A stretch of DNA of 64,000 nucleotides from Octopus vulgaris (taxonomy: Eukaryota): assembly GCA_951406725.2 (NCBI GenBank), contig OX597818.1, positions 83,824,001 through 83,888,000 of the forward strand, read 5' to 3'. The notes beneath the pieces were generated by a model. That model was not told the origin of the DNA and did no database searches. It saw only the letters and a program-made list of their open reading frames with translations. Below are positions 44,359 through 57,430 of the stretch, one piece after another. The position numbers were made by a program, and so were the translations under genes. Each line of letters begins with the position of its first letter. Position 1 is the stretch's first letter.

Positions 44359-44941
44359 TTGTATATGGTGTGTTGTGAATTTATGGAAAGAAATCCCATA
44401 GCACACTATATACAAGTATTGTTTTCATATTCACAAATTTACACTAGTAAGCCACCAGCAAAATATGAAGAATCTATATTAGAAACCTGTTTTTGGGAAC
44501 CTCCAAATTAAAGGACGAAGGTAATTCAATCTTGTTGCATATATATATATGTATATATATATAAGCATAATGTGATAATATGTATGTGTGTAAACATATG
44601 TGTGTATCTCTCTGTCTGATTTTGACCCCCACCTCCGCTTGACAATCGGTGTTGCTGTGATTACGTCCCAGCGGTTTGGTCAAAGGCACCGACAGAATAA
44701 GTACTAGGCTTAAAGAATAAGTTCTGGGGTCGATTTGCGCGACTAAAGGCGGTGCTCCAGCATGGCCGCAGTCAAATGACTGAAACAAGTAAAAGAGAAA
44801 AGAGAGTAAAGAGATATATATATATATATATATATACTTGTATATGGTGTGTTGTGAATTTATGGAAAGAAATCCCATAGCACACTATATACAAGTATTG
44901 TTTTCATATTCACAAATTTACACTAGTAAGCCACCAGCAAA
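44358..44941. repeat. Identical 105-bp direct repeats (44358-44462, 44837-44941) flanking the 3' half of an S2 SINE
   Basis: CTTGTATATGGTGTG...GCCACCAGCAAA occurs twice. Confidence 0.9.
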
Positions 44942-45689
44942 CTGAACGCGTAATTATTTGGTGGAAAAGCATCCCCGTTAACCACACATCTACGGCTTAA
45001 TGTACAGCTAAATCTTCATTTGGACTGATATAATATTTCTAACTTCACATCATATATATTTTCTCTCTTGTCAAAAGAGTTGCGAATGTAACCAGGTTAA
45101 TATCACTATAGTGTTGACGGCCAATATTCATTCCAGTACCCCAAACGTTGGTGTTAGCTCCGACACTACAAAAGTGTTGTGGAATATGCGCTAGAATGTA
45201 ATGACTTGTTTATGAGATCAGATCTAAAGAATTATGTATATGTAGGTATGAGCGAATGAATGAATGAATGAACGAACAGTCATGTACATATCAATATGCA
45301 TACATAAGAAAATATATATGAACATGAATATATACATCACCCACACATCCTAACACACCCACACACCACACCACACACCACCACACCACATCACACCACC
45401 CCACAGCATTCTACACATACTATCAATGACCACTTCTCGGCACCAACACCATCATCCACAAACCCACACATTATAGACGCACACACTTACACACGCACAC
45501 ATCCACGTATCAAAATCGCTAACTACTATCCACACGAATACATTTTCCCATACACACACGCGCGCACCTTCAATTTGGTATCACCAATACTTTATTATCT
45601 CCCCTTTTCCTAGTTCTCCTGTCCAACTACTTTTTCCAACCAGTCGCCATGATTGACCTGTAAATCCACTAGTTTTTGCTTTAATTCTC

Positions 45690-45838
45690 TCATTGAGTAT
45701 ATACTCGTGTCCATTTCTGTTGAAGTGCGTAGGCTCGAATGTAAAAGACTTTCACACCTTCCCAAACGTCAAACTAAAACACCAGCTTGTTCTTTATACA
45801 CCTGACTTCGTCTTTTGTTTTTCTGTAAATTTAATCTA

Positions 45839-45845
<7 letters not shown>
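45690..45845 (+). mobile_element. PLE terminal-repeat fragment (family B), hammerhead core damaged (45713-45747)
   Basis: TTT-CTGTTGA-A-GTGC-gtag-GCTC-GAAT-GTA-AAAG; terminal ~45 bp duplicated again at 45918. Confidence 0.7.
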
Positions 45846-45899
<54 letters not shown>

Positions 45900-45954
45900 G
45901 TGTGTGTATGTGTGTGTCTGACTTCGTCTTTTGTTTTTCTGTAAATTTAATCTA

Positions 45955-46038
<84 letters not shown>

Positions 46039-46188
46039 CGTGTGTGTGTGTGTGTGTGTATGTGGGTATGCGTATGCTGAACATGCGACGTACGTCTTTT
46101 GAGTGCCTCTTCAAATACATGCACTTACACATTATGTAGCAAAGTTTGTGTGAGCACGTGTATATGTGTGTGTGAGTGTGAGTGTATA

Positions 46189-46882
46189 CAGGTTGACCCG
46201 TAAGTCCCTACCCATCCATTGCATTTGTATGCTGTCCATTACTCTCGCTGTATAATATTATGCGATGCCATGTTCTGTGAGACATTTCCCTCAACATGGC
46301 AAGGGTTATTGTTCCAAATGCCGCGGTTACAACTACTTTCAATTCATCATTGGAATGATAACGTTGTTTAGACACAATGTCCTTTATGCATCTTCAAAGT
46401 ATGTTATTACATGTTGTCAAGTTTCGACTTCTTGCAGGCCATGTCATAGGCACCGGGGGTGTTACAGAACCACGACCTATAAATTTGTCTGGAAAAAGGT
46501 AATCTCGCACTGTGAGGGCATAATGAATTGGAGCCCCATCTTGTTGAGACCAAATCTCCTCTCTGATTCCAAGTTCATCGAGATTCGGTATAAAACATTG
46601 TCGTAACAGGTTTAGATATGAGGTATGGTTTACTGGTCCGTCATAAAAGCATGGTCCAATAACATGACGCGCATTAAGTGTTGTCCATATCATGACATGC
46701 TGAGTGTTGTATTCAATTTCTTCATAAACATGAAGACTTTCCTTTGCCCAGAAGTTAATATTTCGTGCCCGATCGAACGGTAAATTGCGTACTCGTCCGT
46801 AAACATCACTTTTTCTCGAGGACGAATCGTATTGAATAACATAATAATATATGGGACGGATAGGGAATCACGGGCCACCCTG
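46189..46882 (-). mobile_element. Internally deleted Tc1/mariner element, rosa/DD41D-like
   Basis: TIRs CAGGTTGACCCGTAAGTCCCTACCCATCC / GGACGGATAGGGAATCACGGGCCACCCTG with TA flanks; peptides VMFTDE, VIGPCFYDGPVN..YLNLL, QQDGAPIHY, IGRG..WPARS. Confidence 0.9.
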
Positions 46883-46915
46883 TATATATTAGATAGATAA
46901 TAGATAGATAGATAT

Positions 46916-46946
<31 letters not shown>

Positions 46947-47187
46947 CATACATACATACATACATACATACATACATACATACATAGATTGATAGGTAGA
47001 TAGATAAATAGACAGATATGTTTCTTTATTACCCACAAGGGGCTAAACATACAGGGGACAAACAAGGACAGACAAACGAATTAAGTCGATTACATCGACC
47101 CCAGTGCGTAACTGGTACTTAATTTATCGACCCCGAAAGGATGAAAGGCAAAGTCGACCTCAGCGGAATTTGAAGAGACAGACAGAC

Positions 47188-47242
<55 letters not shown>

Positions 47243-47247
47243 CAGAC

Positions 47248-47326
<79 letters not shown>

Positions 47327-47622
47327 TATGGTAGGAGGTATGTATATATGTACGTAATTAAGTAGATAGATCAGAAATATATGCATGTGTTTAAAAAGTA
47401 AGGTACATATATCTGGGAAACGCATGCGCACGCACATTCCTCGATATCAGTTTCATACGTATATGTTTAAATTTCTATGCATGCACGGGTATATAATCCA
47501 TATACATGCATGTATATATATACGCACACACACATATACACATACACACATACACACAGACACATTTCTCACATTTATTTATATGTTTATATATACGTAT
47601 ATATATATATATGCATACATAC

Positions 47623-47677
<55 letters not shown>

Positions 47678-47927
47678 CATAACATACATATACAAACACA
47701 CACATGCACCTATACACTGTTTATGTGTATGTTTGTAAATAAGTAGATCATTAATCCGGTAAGATGGTTGCATGTGAAAATATCGATTCAATGTCGCCGA
47801 ATAATACTGCACACAAGCAAACAGAGGTAAGCTTAGGAAAGGTGTTGGTGCTTGGACCTGATTCATATAAAGATTGATGATGCACACTCAGGTATCCCAT
47901 ATAACCAGATTCTGCATTAATTATACG

Positions 47928-48016
<89 letters not shown>

Positions 48017-48025
48017 ATATATATT

Positions 48026-48073
<48 letters not shown>

Positions 48074-48224
48074 TATGTTGATGCAAACAGGAACAATGGA
48101 GCTGAAAATAGGTGTATATATATATTAGTCTTAACATTCAAGCAAAAGTTACAGAGTGACTCAAGATCCGAGTGTTTCGTGTGTTGACGCTCAGATCCTG
48201 AGTCTCCGTTACTCTGTGTTATGC

Positions 48225-48365
48225 GTTAAGGCTATGTGTTAAGGGGCTTGGTTCTGGTTTAAGTCGAAATGTGTGGCACCTTGGACAAGTGTCTTCTACT
48301 ATGGCCTCAGGCTGACCAAAACCTCGTGAGTCGATTTGTTATTCGGAAACTGAAAGAAGCCCGCC

Positions 48366-48396
<31 letters not shown>

Positions 48397-48622
48397 GGTA
48401 GGTATCTTTGTGCCTGTGTCTGTTCCCCCATCACCACTTGGCAACCGGTGTTGATGTGTTTACGTACCCGTAGCTTAATGGCTCGGCAATAGAGTAATAG
48501 CGTTTCGGTGATAGAATAAGTACTACCATTAAAAAATATCTCCCGTTGTCGATTTGTTCGACTAAAATTCTTCAAGGCAGTGTTCCAGCATGGCCGCAGT
48601 GAAATGAGTGAAACAAGTAACA
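48225..48622 (+). mobile_element. SINE S2, degenerate
   Basis: GGCACCTTGGACAAGTGTCTTCTACTAT, internal (TA)n, CAGCATGGCCGCAGT tail. Confidence 0.85.
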
Positions 48623-49489
48623 GAAAAAAAGAATATGTGTATTTGTGCGTGCGTGTGTTTGTATGAATGTAAATATATGAGCGTGTGTATGTTATGCACG
48701 TTCCTATAATTACATCTATAAATAATAAAGATGGCTTGTTCGCAATTTAACAACGGAAAGGCAGAACCACAGACGTCACCAAATTGACGACTGGTAGTAA
48801 TTAACACCAGTATTGCAAGAAACAAGAGTCAAAACAACACTTAGCCTCAAGAATCCATTTATGTTATGACCGACAAGATCACCAGTGATTTCGGACTTTA
48901 TTTAATGCTCGTCAGTGATTCTTACTCGACTGCCTGGCGTTATGCTAGCTCACCTTCTCAGTTTACAGGAGTTACCTTAGAAATCTCATGCTGCCTTCCT
49001 GGTTTCGTTCATTGCTCGTTGACAACGGTCATTTCAATGTACTGCCTGGAAGATTTATATTCGAGCAAACCCATTCTTTGTTTGTTCGCTTTGTTTTTCT
49101 TTTTAAATCTGCTACTTATTCAATCAATCTCTTTCCTCTAACATGTAACTTATGCAAGCCTAGATAAAGCAGTGGTGTGGTTAACCTCCGACGCGTGCAC
49201 ACGTACACATACACACATACATACAGAAATATGTGTAAATGTGTGTGTATAATGATAAGTTCCACCACAATTTCCTTCTACTAAATTCACTTGCAAGACA
49301 TTAGTTGTCGCCCCTGGGCAACTGTATCGTAGATTGTAGAAAATAACTTGCTCGTGCTATCACGCAGAAGGACTAACGATGAACGAAGCCAATTGATCTC
49401 ATGTGATCACAAAGACACCACCTAATACTAATTCATGTGTCCTTGGTTTGAGAGCGTGATTTGAAGTATGTTTTACTACTATTACGAGT

Positions 49490-49760
49490 AAAAGAGAAAA
49501 GACCACCTCTAGTCATGAATGACCATGGGATTGCATAGAAAGTTACCCTCCAAAACATAAATTCGGACAAGGTTGTTTATGAAAGACCACTAGTCACCTA
49601 TGCATACCAGCCTCCCCTCTTCACGCCACCAATGTTATCCAAGAGAAAGGCAAATGACTATACAGTTTGCCACCAGTGACTGCACAACCCATTTCCACAT
49701 CTGAGTGAAATGGAGCAACGAGAAATAAAGTGTCGTGCTAAAGAATACAATACACAGCTC
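49490..49760 (-). mobile_element. SINE S3, 3' part
   Basis: GTCATGAATGACCATGGGATTGCA..TGGAGCAACG matches 4124-4360. Confidence 0.85.
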
Positions 49761-50899
49761 TGTAGGCGATGTGATTATACAGACGCTCCATCGTTGGCCC
49801 AACTTTCATTTTCTATTTTCATGTTTTTGTAATTTTGTTGAAGCAAAATATGAAAACCTGTAGGATATTTAGTTGTATCGTTTTGTTTTCCGACTTCAAG
49901 TTTTGACTTTCCACTCCATCCTTTCGTGGCTCGTGATATAAATGCCAATTCTGAAATGTATTCCATAAAATCGACCACAGACCTTCCCAAAATGTTAATG
50001 GTTTTGTGCCAAATTCGACACTTATTATGTTTTTATTAATGAAGGTCACAGAAAATTATTTCCTTGGTTTCGCTTGCGTAACCACAACGCCAATTAATTT
50101 ACTACAGTACTTCCATTAACTGCAGTTAATCATTGCAAAATAAAACATATTCCTGTCGGGAATATGGAGAAAGCATTACTCGTGACAGGTGCCAAACATT
50201 TCAAAATAACGGAGAAGATAACGAAACGCTTGACATTTATTTAGTATTTCTGTGTTTTTATTGATAATGTAGTGGGAGCTGACGTCAAACTAACGATCTA
50301 GCATGGAATCTTTAGTGCAATGTACAAAAGCAGAGCATACTTCAAAACGTCACTGAAGGGATATCAATTGGTTATTCGTTAGCTGTTTGCTCAGAGTTTA
50401 TGTTGGCGGCCAGGTGGGTCGCTTTGCAGTAAATATTCCGCCTCTTTATGCGCTGAGTTCTTATATTGCCAAGCTCAAATTTACATTTCATTATTTCGAG
50501 ATGGATAAATGAAGTACCAGTTTTAAACTGAAGTCGATTCTTCTCTTTCTATTACTCTTTCTTTCCTTTACTTTGTCTCTTTTTCAGAAATAATCGACTG
50601 CTCTCAGCAGGCCTGGAATAGGACGGGCCTCCAAACATCTAGAAATGCTGAAGACACGCTGTTTGTCATGACAGCACACCTACGATGCCAAAGAGGTTGA
50701 GGGCATTAAGTAAAGCAAGGAAAGTCAAACGTCATAAAGGCTCAAACAAGTTGTCGTTAATTCCTAATATATCCTTAAAACAAGTTTTAAAGCATCTCTA
50801 ACAGTCTCAGTTTACATCAGTTCAATCAATTCATGTTGCTTATTTCTAATTAGCCATAAAAGGAGAAAACAGTTACTAGCAACCTGAAAAGGGAAGTGT

Positions 50900-51122
50900 T
50901 ACCCTCATCACTAGAGTGTACCTTCTCGAGCCATGGGTTCAGTGACGTAGAAATTCTCTACCTGGACGTCACAGGATTACTCATTTTTGCCAGCTGAGTG
51001 AACTGGAGCAACGTGAAATGAGGTGTTTTGCTCAAGAACACAACGCATCGCCCAGTCCAGGAATCGAAACCACAACCTCACGATCATGAGTTCAACACCC
51101 TAACCACTAAGCCACGCGCCTC
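50900..51122 (-). mobile_element. SINE S3, head and core
   Basis: CAGCTGAGTGAACTGGAGCAACGTGAAAT..GGAATCGAAACC..TAACCACTAAGCCACGCGCC. Confidence 0.85.
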
Positions 51123-51529
51123 CACCACTGGAGTGTCGATGGTGTCTATCCTATGTCTGCTTTTGCCTTGTGATTTTATTGAATTTATTTAGGCCCGTTA
51201 AAGGAATATGTTATGAACCTACCGTAAACAGGTACGAAAATGACTGAGTCGCAACTGAACGCTGATATCAGCGATAGTACTGCAACCATCGTTATTACTG
51301 TTTTGTTGTTGCTGTGGCTGCTTTGTTGTTGTTGTTGCTGTTGATGTTTTTGATGACGACAGTGATGAGGAAGGTGATGACGACGACGATGACGACAACA
51401 ATAGTGGTGTTGAGGTGGGGCGGAGTGGTTTTCGGGAGTGCTGGTGATTTTGGTGGTAGTAGTCATAATGATGGTGTTTGTGGTTCTACTCCTTCGGGAA
51501 TCGAAGATGGAACATAAAAAATATTTGTT

Positions 51530-51978
51530 TCTAATTTTGGAAAAAGGCCAGCAATTTGAAGGGAAGGAGTTAGTCGATTACATCCACACTATTACTCAAA
51601 TGGTACTTGTCTTATCGACCCCGACAGGATGAAACTCAAAGTCGACCTTAGTGAAATTTGAACTCAGAACATAAACACGGACGAAATGGCCCTAGGCATT
51701 TTCCCCGGAATGCAAGCATTCTGCCAGCTCACCGCCCTCTACCAAGACTAATATTAAGTTGAATGTAGGGGGCGAGCTGGCAGAATGGTTAGCACACCGG
51801 GCAAAATGCTGAACGGCATTACGTCTGTCTGCATATTCTCGATACAAATTCCGCCGAGGTTGACTTTGCCTTTCATCCATTCGAGGGTCGATAAATTAAG
51901 TACTTGAACACTGGGGTCGATTTAATTCACTAGCTCCTTCGGCCGAAATTCCTAGTCTTGTACCAAAATTTGAAACCA
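51530..51978. mobile_element. Head-to-head SINE S1 pair (51530-51737 minus, 51767-51978 plus)
   Basis: TCTGCCAGCTCACCGCC and GGGGCGAGCTGGCAGAA about 30 bp apart. Confidence 0.85.
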
Positions 51979-52652
51979 ATTTTAAGTAGAAAAATGTTTA
52001 TGTCTTTGCTCGTCTTTCTTATTCTGACCGATCGGTGTTAGAAAGTTTGTTATGTTTCTCCTTCTTCAAGCCGTTTTTTATGTGTATACTATAATATTTA
52101 TTCCTTCTTTTTTTACCAACTACTTTTCTCTGTTTGTTGTTAGCTCTTTTTGCTGACACTGTTTGGTACAATTGTATCAATATTTTGTCAAAGATTTGCA
52201 AGTATGCGTATCTCTTAAACATCGGTTTAGTGTCTTTCTTTTCTTATAAACAAGGAATCATGTCGGGTAAGCCCTGAAAACAGAACATGAAAAATATGAA
52301 AATGTTAAAAATGGTCAAGCACAGATTGTATTTAGCCATTTAAGATAAATGAGCGGACACTGAAACGGTCAAACATAAAAATCTTTTTCTCACCACAGGT
52401 GGAGAGTGACCGATGAACTCATCACAATCTCGTTTACAGAAATATACGCCAGAAAAGATATCTTTCAACAAATTAATGAAGTGGTTTCACAGGCTGATAG
52501 TAAAGTGTAATGCTACATATTTCTCAGACGCGCGTATCAAAGCAGTCTGAGGGCAATATTCTTCTATCTTGTGGGAAATTGATCAGTGAGAATATAGAAT
52601 GCAGATATGACTCAGAGTACATACATGAATAAAGAGGTAAAATTGTGACACA

Positions 52653-52854
52653 TATAAGGGGTGCTTAAAAGCTTTAGAGGTATCGTAGAAGGCCGAGCTG
52701 GAGGCCCAGCTTTCTGAGTTCTTTTACAGGGCTAAGAAAAACTGCAATAAGTATGTAAATCTGAGATAGGAATATGTTCAATAAAATCAAAATTAACTAA
52801 TCATCCTGTATTTTCTTTTAGCGGAAACCAGAAAATTTTCAGCGCTCCCTCGTA
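52653..52854 (+). mobile_element. mariner-derived MITE
   Basis: TA-TAAGGGGTGCTTAAAAG ... AATTTTCAGCGCTCCCTCG-TA; internal remnant KYVNLR*EYVQ of the mariner C-terminus (KCV..G.YVE). Confidence 0.75.
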
Positions 52855-52921
52855 CATATGTATACACACACACACACACATACACAAGCATGTATATATG
52901 TATGTGTCTGTGTGTGTATTA

Positions 52922-53162
52922 CAGAAACACGCTGCAAGACGAGTGCACAGTTGGAGAGACCTTCAGAGAAAGAACACCCATCCGAGAAATGTTCCGGCCC
53001 TTAGACCTGAGACTTTACAGGAGACAGGCCCACTCAGGCCATGGCACCTAGGTGTCCTTCTGTGGGTTTCCAACATCCTGTCTCCAGCAGGACTTGAAAC
53101 TGGGTTATACATTTGTTCCTAGGTCTGTGTTTCAGCCCACCAGGCCGCTCTGGGTATTGCTG
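52922..53162. mobile_element. GC-richer palindromic MITE-like element with TA flanks
   Basis: TA-CAGAAACACGC / GGGTATTGCTG-TA; nested stems GGAGACAGG/CCTGTCTCC, CCCAC/GTGGG; centre CACCTAGGTG. Confidence 0.55.
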
Positions 53163-53298
53163 TAAATAGCTAATGAAATCCTTACTTATATGTGTGTGTG
53201 CGCACACAAAAACACAGAATGAGAAAGACCACCATGTTTTTATGCATGTGTGTGTATGCGTATGTAAGTGCCTGTGTGTGTGAAGCCTGTGTGTGTGT

Positions 53299-53348
<50 letters not shown>

Positions 53349-53659
53349 GTGTGTCTGTGTATGTTTATATTTGTTTGCCTCCCAACGTCGCTTGTCAGCT
53401 AATGTTGGTATCTTTATTTCGTAACTTAGCGGTTCAGCGTAACGGACCAATAGAATAATTGTCAGGCTTTAGAAGATAACTACTGAGGTCATTTCGTTCG
53501 TTGTAAATTCTTCATGGCTGTGTCTCCAGTATGGCCTCAGCCTAATGACTGAAGCCAGTAAAAGATAAAAGATGGAAGATGAAAGACGAAATATATATAC
53601 ACCATCTCACACACTTACGAATATATGGTTGTATTTGTATGTAAGCATGTATGTCTTTA

Positions 53660-53698
<39 letters not shown>

Positions 53699-53971
53699 TG
53701 ATGATCAAGATGCTAATGAGCCTACGTAGTCTATAATTATGATGCATTTCAATTTGGAGTGAAGATCTTTATTGTGAGCAATTCGAACCTATCTTTGGAA
53801 AAGAGTGCCATAAAAGTCGCTCGGGTTATGTGAGCGTTTGTTAGAAAACATTAAATAACTTCGGGTTATCATAAGAACTGATAATTAAAATTTCACGAGG
53901 AAACTTTTCTCAAGTGATAAAAGCAATATTTCTTTCTGTTATACACACACACACACACACACACACACGTC

Positions 53972-54097
53972 CAGGGTGATTAAAAAGTCACGCTACATAG
54001 GAAAAATCATTTTTTTATAAGAAACAGTTAAATTTAAAAAATCTCTCTAATAAAAAAATAAATTGTTCTTATGTATGACGACTTTTGAATCCCCCTA
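53972..54097. mobile_element. Short Tc1/mariner-type MITE
   Basis: CAGGGTGATTAAAAAGTCACGCTACATAGG / CTTATGTATGACGACTTTTGAATCCCCCT. Confidence 0.7.
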
Positions 54098-54137
54098 ATA
54101 TATATATATATATATGGGGGGGTGTATGTGTGTGTGT

Positions 54138-54172
<35 letters not shown>

Positions 54173-54328
54173 CGTAGGTATGTGTGTGTGTATCATATAT
54201 ATATATAGAGAGAGAGATTCAGATGAATATGGTACTTATGTTGAGGCACCAGAGTTTAGTACGGTATTATCCATACAAATTCAAACTCAGGTGATTAAAA
54301 CCAAAATATGGAACAATGATATCCAAAA

Positions 54329-54400
54329 GTAATGCAGTACGATCGTTTCATGTAACTCCATTTAATTGAACAATGCAATGAAACGATCGTACTGCATTAC
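54329..54400. repeat. Perfect 23-bp inverted repeat (imperfectly extending to ~54300-54428)
   Basis: GTAATGCAGTACGATCGTTTCAT / ATGAAACGATCGTACTGCATTAC. Confidence 0.9.
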
Positions 54401-54460
54401 CTCTGGATAGCCTTGTTGCTCATTTTGATATATATATATATATACACTGATATATATGTA

Positions 54461-54538
<78 letters not shown>

Positions 54539-54609
54539 CACATATATATATATGCATATATATATGTATATATATACATACATATATACATATGTATGTG
54601 TTTATGTAC

Positions 54610-54644
<35 letters not shown>

Positions 54645-55307
54645 TGCATTCAATATGTGTGTATGTATGTGTGTGATAGCAAAATGGCATATCTATCAGT
54701 ATATGGCTTTGCAATTAGTGAAATATCTAGATCAGTATCTGATGGATCTTAAAATTTTGGAGCGATAAAATATGAAGGAATGCAGAAAGTATCCTATGTA
54801 TTTTTCAGTGACAAATGGAAGGATTAAGGCATTACGTCGAAAAATAATATTTTCCGTCTTTTTCAGAATGCACAAAAGCTATTACGTTCCCTTTTTGTTT
54901 ATATCAGTATAACACTATTATTATAAAACGTAAGATTTCTACAGTCAGGCCACTAGCAGAGAAACTAACTATACTAATATGCAGTGGAATTTTGGGAGCA
55001 CAACAAAATTGTAGAAATGTGAGAAAACATTTTGTCGCGTCATAATAGACAGAACTATTCATTAATAAACGAAAGTAAATAAATTAAAGAGACGTTATTT
55101 TTTCAATATAGCTAAAATACCTCTGCCACTGTGTAATTATTTAAGCTTCTACACAAAATCTCAGACCATGTCATTTGCCAAAATTCAATATCTCTCGAAG
55201 AATAAATATTATATATTTCTTGAAACTTGTATTCTGAGGAAAATATCTATAACCAAAGATAATGTGGTGTTTAGTGTGTATCGGTTATTTTTAACGAGCC
55301 AATTTAA

Positions 55308-56219
55308 GGCGATGGCTTGGCAGAATCGTTATACGTAGGGCAAAGTGCTCAGCGGCATTTCGTCCGTCCTTATGTCCTGAGTCCAAATTCCGGTGCGGTC
55401 GTCTTTGCCTTTTAACATTTCCAGATCGATAAAATAAGTACCAGTTGTGTACTGGAGTCGATGTAATCATTTGACTGCGGCCATGCTGGAGTACCGCCTT
55501 TAGTCGAGCAAATCAACCCCCAGGATTTATTCTTTGTAAGTACTTTTTCTATCGGTCTATTTTGCCGAACCGCTACGTTATGGGGACGTATGCACACCAT
55601 CACCGGTTATATATATATATAAATGTATATATATACAACGAGCTTCTTTCAGTTTCCATCTACCAAATCCAATCACAAAGGTTTGGGTGGCTTGAGGCTA
55701 TAGTAGAAGACACCTTCCGAAGGTCCCACGCATGGGACTGAACCCAGAACCTTGTGGTTGGTAAGCAAGCTACATACCACGCAGCCACTCCTGAAAGGTA
55801 TACAACCATTATATACTATAACCTTTACTAGTCTAGGCACGCGGCCCAAAATTTTGGGGGAGGGGGCCATTCGATTAGATCGACCTCAGCCCGCAACTGG
55901 TACTTAATTTAACGATCCCGAAAGGATGAAAGACAAAGTCGACCTGGGTGGAATTTCAACTCAGAATGTAAATGCAGACGAAATACCTATTTCTTTACTA
56001 TCCAGAAGGGGCTTGTCACAGAGAGGACAAACAAGGACAGACAAACGGATTAAGGCGATTATATCGACCCCAATGCGTAGCTGGTGCTTATTTAATCGAC
56101 CCCGAAAGGATGAAAGGCAAACTCGACCTCGACGGAATTTGAACTGAGAACGTAGCGGCAGACGAAATACCCCTAAGCATTTCGCCCGGCGTTATAACGT
56201 TTCTGCCAGCTCGCCACCT
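55308..56219. mobile_element. SINE cluster: S1 plus (55308-55468), S2 minus (55466-55792), dimeric S1 minus (55830-56219)
   Basis: Matches to the family consensus seen elsewhere in the window. Confidence 0.85.
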
Positions 56220-56304
56220 TCATAATATACTATAACGTGCATAAAATATTTCTATTAGCCACTACCACGTTCTTCTGCGTTAGCTATGCTGTTTACATTA
56301 TTTT

Positions 56305-56937
56305 TGTCAAAAGTATTTCAACTGTAATTATAGACATCATTGATTTTTTTGCTACAAGGTTTTGTATCGAGATGTCAAATGTAAACAAACAACGAGATCA
56401 AAAAAATTGCTAATGAGTTTATATGCCATATTTCGGGGATTTGCCCTTTCATTAGCACCAATCTAACTTACTTTCCCGCCCGAAACGATGCAAAACGTTA
56501 TAGCAAACAGACAGTGCTGGCTATGATTTCTCTAGAAATAAATTCAACAAAATAGTGTAAGAGCACTGCTAACACAGTAGAACATGATGATGACTTATAA
56601 AAATATCTAATATTCTTTATAGTATATTATAATTGCATAACGAAATACCACACGCCTACAAATCATTAATGTTTTCATGCCAGCTCCAAGAATGCGTTTA
56701 ATATGTAAATTAGTATATCCAATAACTTAACACCACTGTATGTAGTGGCTGTATTAGCAATGTGTCTGGAGGCGAGAATGGGTTAGATGGGTCATAATGA
56801 AGGGACAAAAATCCCCGAAATATTGCATATACACTCTTGACCCACTTACAATATTTTCTTTATATCTGACGTCTCGATACGAACCATTGTAGCAATAAAT
56901 CGTTGTTGGCTATAATTTCGATAGAAATAACCTTTGA
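56305..56937. repeat. ~630-bp diverged fold-back (MITE-like)
   Basis: TTGCTACAAGGTTTTGTATCGAGATGTCA / TGACGTCTCGATACGAACCATTGTAGCAA; ATATTTCGGGGATTT / AAATCCCCGAAATAT. Confidence 0.8.
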
Positions 56938-56979
56938 ATAAAGAAATGTATAATGATCATGATGTATACAATTGCTTCC

Positions 56980-57107
56980 TAATCACAGGGTTCCGATTTC
57001 AGTCCCACTGCGTGGCACCTTTGGCAAGTGTCTTCTACTATAGCCTCGGTCCGACCAAAGCCCTGTGGGTGGATATGGTTGAGGGAAACTGAAATAAGCC
57101 TGGTGTG

Positions 57108-57203
<96 letters not shown>

Positions 57204-57430
57204 TGTGTGTGTGTGTGTGTATCTATGTGCGTGTGTCTTTGCATCTGTGTTTGCCGATCCCTTACCGCTTGACAACCGCTGTTGCTCTGTTTACCTACCC
57301 GTAACGCAGCAGTTCGTCATTAGAGACTGATAGAATAAATAAAAGTCTAAAAGATTAGTCTTCGGGTCAATTTGCTCGACTAAAACCCTGCATGGCCGCA
57401 GTCAAATAAATGACACAATTAAAAGAATAC
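56980..57430 (+). mobile_element. SINE S2 (followed by an inverted degenerate S2 head at 57445-57605)
   Basis: CAGTCCCACTGCGTGGCACCTTTGGCAAGTG, internal (TA)n(TG)n, CATGGCCGCAGTCAAAT. Confidence 0.85.

Noticed and set aside
50588-50695. 108-nt candidate exon after a strong pyrimidine tract
   Set aside because: Donor GTTGAG is weak and the first bases (TAATCGACT) continue a degenerate S1 SINE; peptide not recognised
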